NCBI GenBank assembly: GCA_032128375.1
Contig: JAQBGU010000084.1
Span: forward strand, 32,001 to 96,000
DNA length: 64,000 nt
Reading direction: 5' to 3'
From: Deltaproteobacteria bacterium
GTDB lineage: Bacteria; Myxococcota_A; UBA9160; SMWR01
Shown here: piece after piece, positions 27,875 through 36,925 of the stretch
Layout of the letters: each line of letters begins with the position of its first letter
Numbering within the stretch: the first letter of the stretch is position 1
Translations under genes and position numbers: made by a program
The notes under the pieces: model-generated
Databases searched by the model: none
What the model saw: the letters and a program-made list of their open reading frames with translations, nothing else
Told to the model about the DNA's origin: nothing

Positions 27875-30800
27875 CTACTCGCGCATTTCGCGGACCAAGC
27901 GAAGGGCCAGAAAAGCCACGATCGCGACCGAACCAAGCAACACGGCCCAGAGTATCAGGGTTCGGATGGGGTAACCCGATTCCGGCTCGAGCGCGGCGGC
28001 GCCCCTCAGCGCGACTCGCGGTCCGAGCACCGCAGTTGGGGAAATCGATTCTGCGCCCCCCGCAACGCGTCGGCTGATCGCCATCAGCTTTGGGGCTTCG
28101 AAGCGCGCGGCCGGTGCGCCCAGTTTTCCGTAGACCAACGTATGCGGGCCCCCGCCTTGATCGATGAAGTAGAGCTGCTCGGGAGGCCACGCGACCCGCA
28201 GCGTGGGCGCGTGCTTCCACGCGTCCCCGCCCTTCGAAGCGACGTCGATACGAATGAATCTCGCCGGGCCTGAGGTCAACTCGATGGGCTCGTTGTGGCT
28301 TTCCTGGTCGTCCGTCACGCCGAGGCGGTAGATGATCCCGCGGTGAATCTGCCGCCACGGCCCCTCCGCCTGGTCGGCCCGATAAACCTCGGCGGAGACG
28401 AGCGCGCGGCCACCAGCGAGATCGACCTGGATCTGATCGATCGGCGGCCAACCGCCCAGATCGTACCGATACGAGCCTGAGTCGATCGAATCTCCCTCGA
28501 TGGCCGCTTCCAGACGCTTCACCGTCCGTTCGGGTGCACGTTGGACCGCCCTCACACCGAGGATCGTGGGCGCCTTCTCATTCGCCGGCCAGCTGATTCG
28601 CAGGTACTTCGCGCGACTTCGGCGAAATTCTACGCGGCGCCGTTCAATTTGATCCGTTGCGCCGGCCAACTGCGCAACGACGGCGGCGGCCGTTAGTTCC
28701 CTGTACGCCACAAAATCGCCGGTTGCCTCGACTCGCAGTGGGACCAGGAAGTCCTCGCTCTGGGGTGCAAGGTCGAGTTCGAGTCCGGCCACTTCTCCGT
28801 GCAGGCTCGAGGCATCGATGATATAGGCCCGTGGGCTCACAGCGTCTGATGGATTCGACGCGTCAGGCTCCAGCGCAAGGGTGGCTCGCTCCCCATCGAT
28901 GTCTACGTCGACGCGATACCTCCCGCCGCGCACAAGGATCTCACTCGGGGATTTGCCGTCCGGAAGTCGAAACAGAGGCAAAGAGGTCAACGTCGACACT
29001 GTGCTTTTCGGTACGACCTGTGCGGCGATGGCGTGAGGCACCGCCACTCCCGCGGCGTCGAAAACGCGGAGATCGGCGAGCCCCGGCTCCACGCTGTCGC
29101 GATAAATTTCGTATGGGAGTTCGACCCCTTGAATGACTCGGCGGCTCGTGGTTTCGATCGCACGACTCCACGCGAAATCATCTTTCGACAGGGGTGCCGC
29201 GCTTTGGGCAGACGCGGGGCGTGTACTGATTGTGGCGAAGCATACGATGATCCAGATCAACGATGTGCGGGTTGCCTGGCCAGGCGCCCCGGCCTCCGAT
29301 GATCGCCCCCCGGCGTCGCCCGCTTCAGCAGCCTCTTCCGGTGGAACCGGCGACAGATATCCAACGATCAACAGCAACACGCCGACGACCAAGAAGGTGC
29401 CGATCTTTGCAGGAGTGGTGAGTTGGGAAAGATCGACCACGAAAAGCTTGATTACGGTGATTGCCAATAGCCCAGCGAACGCCATCCACGGCTTGCGAAG
29501 CCGCTGACGCGTCGAGAACCACATCCCGGCGACCCCAACGAGCGTCCACGCGATCGACAAACATACTTGCAAGGAAATCGAGTCCCACAATGCATCCGGA
29601 CGATGCGCGACCCCGGTCCATTGGACGACGCTGCGAGTGAGTACCGCGTTCATCCAGCAGAAGGCCAAGACCACTGCGACCAGTCGCATGGCCGGTTTAC
29701 TCGCCTCGAGTGCTTCCGCCGATTCCATCGAAGCAAGCCGAAGCGCCCAGACGCCGGCTGATACCGCGATCAAGGTGATCGTGAGATCGATCGGATTGAG
29801 AAGTGGAAGATAGGCAAGCGGCGCGAAGGCGCCGTCGGCTGCGAAGTTCGTCCCGAACACCCACAACAAACCAACGATCAATATCGGTCCGACACCGAAA
29901 GTGAAATGGATCCGCGCGAATCGACCGAATGCCCCGAGTTCCCGCCGAATCAGGTGTAGAGCCGCCGCGGAAACGCCGCCCAAGCCAATGCCGATGCCGG
30001 CGAGCCCCCAGTCGGGACCGAGTGCCAGAGATCGGTCGGCTAAACCGTACAAAGCGAACCCGACGAACAAGCTCGAGAGCCACAGCCATGGTGCGTACGC
30101 ATACGAGGTCGATGCATACGCCGAATCTTCGAGCTGATGGATGACCCAGTAGATGGCAGCCAGACACAGCGGCCAAGCCACGAACCCGCCTGCGGCCAGC
30201 AAACTCGGTTGGCTCTCGAGTGCTTGTGCCAGCGCCCAGGCCGCCAATGGAATCGACAACAAGCCCATCGTCCGCCCTGACTCCCACGAGACCCGCTGGG
30301 CCCCCCAATGCAGGAGTGCCGTGCTCGCGCCGAGCAGCCCAATTTCGCAGGCCATCGTGAAACGGTCCGGAAGGAACTGTTCGAATTCGTGAACCGCCCC
30401 CCAGCCCCACCAGGCCAATCCCCAAACGCCAGCGGCCTGTGCGATCGCCCAGAACCAGATGCCCTGGTCGTCGCGTACGCGATCTGCTTCCCGCGCGATC
30501 GTGAGGCCGGCGAATGTGAGCGCCAGCGCCGACAGGAAGCGGCTGTTGGCGAGCCATTGGGTAGGTGCTTCGTAACTGCTGATCAGCCAAATGGCGAACG
30601 CGACCGCGGCCAGCGGCTGAAGGGCGAGACCCGTGACACGCGCGAGCCGACGAGATTGGCGTACGCCGATCCAATGCACGCCGGCGCCTTCGAGTGCCCA
30701 AACGATCGCGGTCGTCGGGGAGTCTTCGAAGGCGAACGGAACGGCCATCGTGGCGAGCCCGACGGCGAGCGCAATGAACGCTTCGGAGAGTTGGCGAAGC

Positions 30801-32128
30801 GTCTCGGGCGCAGTCCTCCACAACCAGACTGCGATGCCGGCATATACAAGAGCCATCCCCGCGGTCGCGATCGCCAGCGCTAGTTCGACTGCTTTGAGCA
30901 GCGATGCCAACGCGAGTAGCGAAACCAGCGGGGTCCCGAAGACGAGCGTCGCGTCGACGATTCCCTTCAGGTTGGGCGGCTGGCGCCATGCGAAGAGCAA
31001 CGCTTCGCCGGTAAAGAGAAACAGAAAGGCAAAAACGAACGGCATGGTACTCGCCAGCTGCTCAGGCTGATAGGAAAGGACCCCCCAGGCGGTTGCGACC
31101 CCGTAGGTACACACGAATGCGAGCAAGTTGAGCACACGCCAGCTGCGCATGAACGCGATAGAGGCGATGGAGAGGTTGAGAACCAGGTAATAGCTGAACA
31201 GCGCGACATGGTTGCCCGAACCTGTCGATGCCAGGACCGGGGCGAGAAAACCACCGAGGCTCGCGATCACGATCAATGGCAACGCACGCTGCAAGACCGC
31301 CAACATTCCAGCCGCAGCAGCGATCACCGCGAACAGCACGAACGCCAAGCCAACCGGCACCAAGTCAAAGATCCGAAACGCCATGAACGCAACCAGGTAA
31401 AGCGCTGCGAGACCGCCCCCTTGGAGCGTCGTCCCAAAGCTCGGTCGCGCCGTTCGAAGTCGAAACCCCACGCCGACGAGACCGACCCCAATCAACGCCG
31501 CGCTGGCAAGGCGCGCCTCGATCGGAAACAGCGAATGTTCGGCCGCCCATCGCGCAAGCAATGTGATGCCCACCAACAACACGAGCACCCCGGCGCGCAC
31601 AACGGTGTTGCCCCCGAAAAGCCAGGCGCGAACCGCGTTGATGCCGCGAGCGAATGCGTTGGGTGTTGGCGGGGAAGGCGGCCGGCGAGGAAATGGTGGC
31701 GCCATTGGAGGAAGGCTCGGCACTTGTGCGCGCGGCGCGACCTCGGGAAAATCGGCTGGGGTGGCATCTGCGAAAGGAGAGGGTGCCACGGCCGGCGGCG
31801 ACGTCGATGGAACGCCTCCGGTCGTCTGTTGCTCCCGCTGCGCAGGCGGCACTCGCGACGCGTCCTCGATCGTCCGCTCTAGCCTATCGACTCGGGTCAG
31901 CATTTCCGCGTGCGAACGGAACAGCGAAGTGCTGCGCGCCCGTTCCCTACGTAGCAGCGCAAAGACGACACCGAGCCCCAGACCCAGCCCCGCGGCTGCC
32001 TCCACCCTTGAAAAAGCGCCCGCCACGAATCCGCCGAGTACGGCACCCGCCACGGCTAACCCAAGCATACCGGGGACGCCGACCTTCTCAGTTTTTTTCG
32101 ATTGAGCCTGTGACACCGCTACCCTCAC
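27875..32128 (-). CDS. DUF2339-like polytopic membrane protein fused to a DUF3999-like domain
   Basis: 'WLFGGNTVVRAGVLVLLVG', 'LQGGG', 'GGFLAPVLASTGSGNHVALFSYY', 'KLFVVDLS'; then 'LADLRVFDAAGVAVP' and a C-terminal 'LWAVLLG' TM; start may be ATG 32068. Confidence 0.8.
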   Translation of the reverse strand: MRVAVSQAQSKKTEKVGVPGMLGLAVAGAVLGGFVAGAFSRVEAAAGLGLGLGVVFALLRRERARSTSLFRSHAEMLTRVDRLERTIEDASRVPPAQREQQTTGGVPSTSPPAVAPSPFADATPADFPEVAPRAQVPSLPPMAPPFPRRPPSPPTPNAFARGINAVRAWLFGGNTVVRAGVLVLLVGITLLARWAAEHSLFPIEARLASAALIGVGLVGVGFRLRTARPSFGTTLQGGGLAALYLVAFMAFRIFDLVPVGLAFVLFAVIAAAAGMLAVLQRALPLIVIASLGGFLAPVLASTGSGNHVALFSYYLVLNLSIASIAFMRSWRVLNLLAFVCTYGVATAWGVLSYQPEQLASTMPFVFAFLFLFTGEALLFAWRQPPNLKGIVDATLVFGTPLVSLLALASLLKAVELALAIATAGMALVYAGIAVWLWRTAPETLRQLSEAFIALAVGLATMAVPFAFEDSPTTAIVWALEGAGVHWIGVRQSRRLARVTGLALQPLAAVAFAIWLISSYEAPTQWLANSRFLSALALTFAGLTIAREADRVRDDQGIWFWAIAQAAGVWGLAWWGWGAVHEFEQFLPDRFTMACEIGLLGASTALLHWGAQRVSWESGRTMGLLSIPLAAWALAQALESQPSLLAAGGFVAWPLCLAAIYWVIHQLEDSAYASTSYAYAPWLWLSSLFVGFALYGLADRSLALGPDWGLAGIGIGLGGVSAAALHLIRRELGAFGRFARIHFTFGVGPILIVGLLWVFGTNFAADGAFAPLAYLPLLNPIDLTITLIAVSAGVWALRLASMESAEALEASKPAMRLVAVVLAFCWMNAVLTRSVVQWTGVAHRPDALWDSISLQVCLSIAWTLVGVAGMWFSTRQRLRKPWMAFAGLLAITVIKLFVVDLSQLTTPAKIGTFLVVGVLLLIVGYLSPVPPEEAAEAGDAGGRSSEAGAPGQATRTSLIWIIVCFATISTRPASAQSAAPLSKDDFAWSRAIETTSRRVIQGVELPYEIYRDSVEPGLADLRVFDAAGVAVPHAIAAQVVPKSTVSTLTSLPLFRLPDGKSPSEILVRGGRYRVDVDIDGERATLALEPDASNPSDAVSPRAYIIDASSLHGEVAGLELDLAPQSEDFLVPLRVEATGDFVAYRELTAAAVVAQLAGATDQIERRRVEFRRSRAKYLRISWPANEKAPTILGVRAVQRAPERTVKRLEAAIEGDSIDSGSYRYDLGGWPPIDQIQVDLAGGRALVSAEVYRADQAEGPWRQIHRGIIYRLGVTDDQESHNEPIELTSGPARFIRIDVASKGGDAWKHAPTLRVAWPPEQLYFIDQGGGPHTLVYGKLGAPAARFEAPKLMAISRRVAGGAESISPTAVLGPRVALRGAAALEPESGYPIRTLILWAVLLGSVAIVAFLALRLVREMRE

Positions 32129-32362
32129 TGTAAAGTCTGACGCTTCGCGGTGATGACAGCCATGCCCTGCGCAACTTCAGGGAACCGCGGGTTGGAAGTC
32201 GATCGGTCGTCGCGGGGGAAGATCTTGAGCGCGACGTTCTTTCAGCGCCTTCGCCGGCTCATGAATCGCCGCCTGTGCTTGCGTGGCTCGTTGGCGAATG
32301 GGCGGAGATAGACATTTCCATGACGTCGACAAACAACTAGCTTTCGATTCCAGGAGATCAAC

Positions 32363-34072
32363 ATGCCCCTACCCAAGAGCCTCAGCACATCCGAGCACAC
32401 CGATCTCGATCTGAAACTCGTCGAGGGCCAATGGCCCGACGGACTCACTGGTGAGTATGTGGTTGTCGCCCCCGGCCCCAAGACCGACGATATCGGCTAC
32501 CAGCTGTTCACCGAAGGTCATACGATTCGCCTTTCGTTGCGCCCCGGGACAGATGGTGCTGCGCCCGATCGCTTTGCGTGGCGAGCGCGCAAGATTCGCG
32601 GCCCTTCCGTGCGACTCTTTGAGCAATGTCGGGATGTGTGCGCTGGCGGTCCGGCCGGCTACACGTCGCCGTTTGGCCTGTTGAACATGGCGAATACCGC
32701 GGTGATGCCGTGGGGCGATCGACTCTTCGCCACCTGGGATGTGGGGCGGCCCGTCGAACTCGATCCGGTGTCGCTCGAGTTTCTCGCAGAGGTGGGATCA
32801 AAACGTAGTTGGGGCCAGTCAATTCCGATTCCCGGCGTACTTCCGTTCATCTTCTCGACCGCGCACCCCGTCATCGATCCCGATCGCGATTGCCTGTGGA
32901 CCGTCAAGCTCAGTCCTTCGGTTGACCACCCAGGTCACGTAGGGACCACCGTGATCCGTTGGGATGGCGAAGGCAGCGAGGTCAGCACCTGGCCAGTGAC
33001 CGGCGCCCACTTCATGGGGACCATGCACACCATCACGCAGACGCGCAATTTTCTCATCCTCGCCGACTCGGGAAACTTCAAGCCCGACCCGGGCGAGATG
33101 GGTGGCGGCAAGCGCACGGTCCTGATCGACTACGAGTCGCCTGTGTTCGTGGTGCGCAAGGATGACCTCGAATCGACGCCGTCCGGCCAGCCGGTGCCGA
33201 TGAAAAAATTCATGATCGCTCCACCGACCGCTCACCTGTATGCCGTTTACGACGACAGCGATGGGATCCGCGTAATCTTCGAAAACATGGATCTCGAAGA
33301 CCTCGCGATCTACCACAGGCCCGGCGATGTGGACGTGTATGGCGAACCCATCGATCCGAGCCAGATCGGCTTGTACAACATGGCGATGTCGCCGTCCTCG
33401 TTCACCGAGGTGGAGTTCGATGTGGAGACCGGCAAGCTCAACGGCCGCGCGAAGCTGCGGGAGGATTGGACGTGGAGTAAGCAGTTGTCGGCCATGGACT
33501 GGAGCCCTGCCGGTCTGAGCGCGCCGACAGTCCACCACCAGTTGGTCCACGGTTGGCGACCCCACAACGTGTCGCGCCGCGCCCTCGAGATCTACAAAGG
33601 ACGCGTCGACCCCGACGAGTTTCCGAGCGAAGAGACCCCCGCCACCTTGGTGAGCCTGAACCGCGGCAGTCTCGACGTTCGCAGCCGCTACGACTATCCG
33701 ACGACCGACGTACTGCCCACCTCGCCGGTTTTCGTGCCGCGCAATCCGGGGCGCGATCGTTTCGGATTGGAGGGGTCTGACCCCGGTGGCCACGACGGTT
33801 GGGTGGTAATGCCGGTACTGCGTGACGCAGGGCTCGTGATCGACGTCTTCGACGCAGACTCTGTTGGGAAAGGCGCGGTCGCTCGCTTGGCGGCCCCCGC
33901 TGGTGAGACGGTGCCGATGTTGTTGCACTCGTGCTGGATGCCGCGCGCGGCCCCCGCCCCGGCCGCGCAGCGGCTGCGGTTTGCCGACGATTTCGAAGAC
34001 GGCGACCTCGCGTTGCTCGACGATCGCTTGAAGGACGCCGTGCACTCCGTCGCCCGCGACCTCGCAGGGTGA
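32363..34072 (+). CDS. Carotenoid oxygenase (RPE65/lignostilbene dioxygenase) family protein
   Basis: 'LVEGQWPDGLTG', 'NMANTA', 'WDVGRPVELDPVSLE'; four candidate Fe-ligand His (TAHP, TMHT, TAHL, LLHS). Confidence 0.82.
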   Translation: MPLPKSLSTSEHTDLDLKLVEGQWPDGLTGEYVVVAPGPKTDDIGYQLFTEGHTIRLSLRPGTDGAAPDRFAWRARKIRGPSVRLFEQCRDVCAGGPAGYTSPFGLLNMANTAVMPWGDRLFATWDVGRPVELDPVSLEFLAEVGSKRSWGQSIPIPGVLPFIFSTAHPVIDPDRDCLWTVKLSPSVDHPGHVGTTVIRWDGEGSEVSTWPVTGAHFMGTMHTITQTRNFLILADSGNFKPDPGEMGGGKRTVLIDYESPVFVVRKDDLESTPSGQPVPMKKFMIAPPTAHLYAVYDDSDGIRVIFENMDLEDLAIYHRPGDVDVYGEPIDPSQIGLYNMAMSPSSFTEVEFDVETGKLNGRAKLREDWTWSKQLSAMDWSPAGLSAPTVHHQLVHGWRPHNVSRRALEIYKGRVDPDEFPSEETPATLVSLNRGSLDVRSRYDYPTTDVLPTSPVFVPRNPGRDRFGLEGSDPGGHDGWVVMPVLRDAGLVIDVFDADSVGKGAVARLAAPAGETVPMLLHSCWMPRAAPAPAAQRLRFADDFEDGDLALLDDRLKDAVHSVARDLAG

Positions 34073-34241
34073 GGCTGAGGTTTCCAACCCCACGATCAAT
34101 TCGGTCGCTCAGCCGCTACGGTGCCGACAACCATGGCCGCGTCCCATCCACTTCCGGCCGCCCGCCAGGTACGCCGGGCGCCGGGTTGGCGGCGCGGTCG
34201 GCTGACGAAAGACAATCTCTTGTGGGAAACGGAATCTCATC

Positions 34242-34811
34242 ATGACGAAGCTGTTGGTTCTGAGCGGTAGTAGCCGAGCGGAATCCTTCAATCTGAAGCT
34301 GGCGACCCAACTCGCGTCGATCGCCAAACAGGAAGGCGCAGAAGTTGCGCTCGTGAATCTCGAGGACTTTGAATTGCCGATATACAATGGTGATTTGGAA
34401 GGCACCGAAGGGTTGCCGGACGCAGCCAGGCGACTCAAGAAGCTGCTACAAGACAACACCGGACTCATCGTCACATGTCCAGAATACAATGGCTTCATGA
34501 CACCCTTACTGATCAACGCGATCGACTGGTGCACACGTTCTGACGACGCATCTGTAGATCTGTCTGGCTTTGCTGACAAGACACTACTGGTTGCGAGCGC
34601 ATCGCCTGGTCCCGGCGGTGGGGGTCGCGCGAGTACTCACCTGAAAACCATGCTATCTGCAATTGGTTCCGTGGTATTTCCCCAGTCACTGACCGTGTCT
34701 TCTGCATTCAATGCATTTGGCGATCAGGGAGAGTTTACAGACGCTTCGATGGCGAAGCGCGCTCAGCGGCTCGTCAGCAAGTTCATTCAATTCAGCCAGC
34801 GCTTCGAATGA
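34242..34811 (+). CDS. NADPH-dependent FMN reductase
   Basis: SGSSRAESFN, PEYNG, NAIDW, SASPGPGGG. Confidence 0.92.
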   Translation: MTKLLVLSGSSRAESFNLKLATQLASIAKQEGAEVALVNLEDFELPIYNGDLEGTEGLPDAARRLKKLLQDNTGLIVTCPEYNGFMTPLLINAIDWCTRSDDASVDLSGFADKTLLVASASPGPGGGGRASTHLKTMLSAIGSVVFPQSLTVSSAFNAFGDQGEFTDASMAKRAQRLVSKFIQFSQRFE

Positions 34812-34946
34812 CTCGCTCGGCTTCAGCTGAGCGGGGCAGCTCCGAGAAGGAACAGCGTTCGGATTCACCGAGCGCTGGTGTCGGCATCGGCGAAAAGTGG
34901 CTCATCAGGCGGGCTGAATTCGCGCGTCGATCGGAGGGCTGTGCAC

Positions 34947-35963
34947 ATGGATAGGCGAACCATCGGGCGCTGGAGCGCGCAGGAATTGCGCGACCGAAGA
35001 GCCAAGGGCGTTGAGATCGTGGTCGTCGATGTTCGCAACGGCTACGCCCGCGCTTTCGAACCGTGTGAGATCCCCGGCACCTTGTGGCTGCCGCTATCGG
35101 AAGTTTCTGAACAGTCGCACCGCTTGTCCCGGAGCGCCGAGATCGTCACCTATTGCACCTGACCAGAGGATATGAGCAGCGCCCGTGCGGCGCTGTGGCT
35201 GAACGAAGAGGGGTTCGCCGTCCACGTCTTGCAAGACGGCCTCGGAGCCTGGAAGGAAGCGGGCTACCCGACGGCTGCCGTCGATCTCGATGAGCTTCCG
35301 ACGTTCGATCCTGAAGGCACCGGCGCCAAGACCCCCAACGAAACGGACAGAGCCGCGAGGCAGCACACCTCTGCGTTCCTCCCGGGGCTGGTCGAGAACT
35401 ACGTCAACAAGCACGATTTGCCGATGCGACGCGATCTGACGGTACTGTTCGTCGACATCGCCGACTCCACCCGTACCATCGTCGAGCGAACACCTTCTGA
35501 GGCGCTTGCCTTCGTCCAGCGATTCATGGGCATCGTGACGCAAGGCGCCCTCAACTACTGTGGGGACGTCAAGGATTATGAGGGCGACGGTGCGCTGCTG
35601 TACTTCGAAACCGTAACAGAGGCTACGCAAGCTGCGTTCTCGATTCGGCAAGCGCTTGCGAACGAGACGCCCGAAGTCGGCGATCGCCTTCGCGCTCGAC
35701 TCAGCCTCGACACGGGCTCCATTGTCATTGGGGTCATCGGCACACCGCTGCGGCGGTCCGTCGCCCTGATCGGCGAGAGCATCAACCTGGCGGCGCGGCT
35801 GTTAAAGGAAATCCCCCCCGGCGGCATCATCGCGACCGAGGCAGTAGTCCAACGACTCCGCGACGAGACACCCGCGCTGGCAGCGCAGTTCAGCGTGCTG
35901 AACGAGCCAATGACACTCAAGGGATTCGAAGAAAAGAAAGTCACCGCCTATCGGGCCTCGTGA
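34947..35963 (+). CDS. Rhodanese domain + class III nucleotide cyclase fusion with in-frame TGA (putative selenocysteine, residue 72)
   Basis: GGAGG RBS; VVDVR..IPG..IVTYCT[TGA 35160-35162]PEDMSSARAA..GF..LQDGLGAWKEAGYP is a continuous rhodanese domain across the TGA; then LFVDIADST, EGDG, INLAARL, LKG. Confidence 0.82.
35176..35196 (+). promoter_or_regulatory. Putative bacterial SECIS hairpin
   Basis: CAGCGCC-CGTGC-GGCGCTG perfect 7-bp stem plus flanking G-U; loop starts 21 nt after the UGA, with GU at loop positions 2-3. Confidence 0.65.
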
Positions 35964-36034
35964 CGACAAATCGACCGCGATCTCCAACGAGTCCCGAAAA
36001 TTTCGCATCGAACCCAGATCAACGAGGCCCCCCA

Positions 36035-36673
36035 ATGAAGATCACCATCTTTGGCGCGACCGGCGACCTGGGCAACGAATGCCTCGAGCAAGCGCTGGAA
36101 GCGGGCCACGAAATCACGGTCTTGGCCCGCACCCCGTCGAAGCTACCGAGCGGCCTGGCGAGTCGGGTCGCGGTCATCGAAGGCGACGGTCTCAACGCCC
36201 AAGACGTCGAGCGGGCGCTCGGCAACGGTGCGGAGGCGATCCTGTTCGCGATTGGTATCGATAAACATTCGCCTGAGGATCTTTCGACCGACGCAACGCG
36301 ACACATCCTGGCGGCGATGCGGCGGCTGGGCATTCGAAGGTTCGTGTGGTGCGGCGGAGGCAGCACTCTCGTCGACGAGGACGTGATTACCTTTGGAGCG
36401 AAGTTCGTGCATTTCTTTGCCAGTACTTTTATGGGGCTCCGACAGCGCGACAAAGTCCATCAACTCGAGCTACTCGAGCAGAATCTCGATTTGGATTGGA
36501 TCGGCATTCGGCCGCTGCAAATGGGCGCTGGTCCGAGGCGCCAGGAATATCGGCTGGGATTCGACGCATTCAGCGGATTTTCGAGAATCACCTTTGCGGA
36601 CTGCGCGCATGCGATGATCCAGATGCTTACTGACGACACGTGGGTCCACAAAGCACCCATTATTCAGTATTGA
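36035..36673 (+). CDS. NAD(P)-binding oxidoreductase (flavin reductase/BVR-B-like)
   Basis: MKITIFGATGDLG, GHEITVLARTPSKL, LDWIGIRP, ITFADCA. Confidence 0.88.
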   Translation: MKITIFGATGDLGNECLEQALEAGHEITVLARTPSKLPSGLASRVAVIEGDGLNAQDVERALGNGAEAILFAIGIDKHSPEDLSTDATRHILAAMRRLGIRRFVWCGGGSTLVDEDVITFGAKFVHFFASTFMGLRQRDKVHQLELLEQNLDLDWIGIRPLQMGAGPRRQEYRLGFDAFSGFSRITFADCAHAMIQMLTDDTWVHKAPIIQY

Positions 36674-36925
36674 GCATTCTCCGGCCTGCAGACAGGCGAC
36701 GGTGCAGAAGCCGACCAGGTCGACAGTAGTGACGCCACCCCACACCAAACCATTGGGAAGGTGGAAGTTATTAATAACAACCGTGGGAAGGGTACAAGTC
36801 AACAAGGGTGGCGCCACCGTTAACGACTATCGCAGCGAGTTGACCAACGGGCATGCCCCATAGTGGGTCATTCGGCTGGCCGTATCTGGATCGACTTTCG
36901 CTGAAAGTGCGGGCGGTCGCTGTTG

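Noticed and set aside
34154..34201. GC-rich inverted repeat after the carotenoid oxygenase
   Set aside because: About 14-bp imperfect stem with no U-tract and no second copy seen; cannot be called a terminator or ncRNA.
35172..35963. Stand-alone cyclase starting at ATG 35172
   Set aside because: It would begin in the middle of a rhodanese domain whose first half is in frame upstream. The GAGGA before this ATG means internal initiation cannot be fully excluded.
36674..36925. AT-richer intergenic stretch with two TGGGAAGG copies
   Set aside because: No recognisable ORF, RNA structure or element ends.
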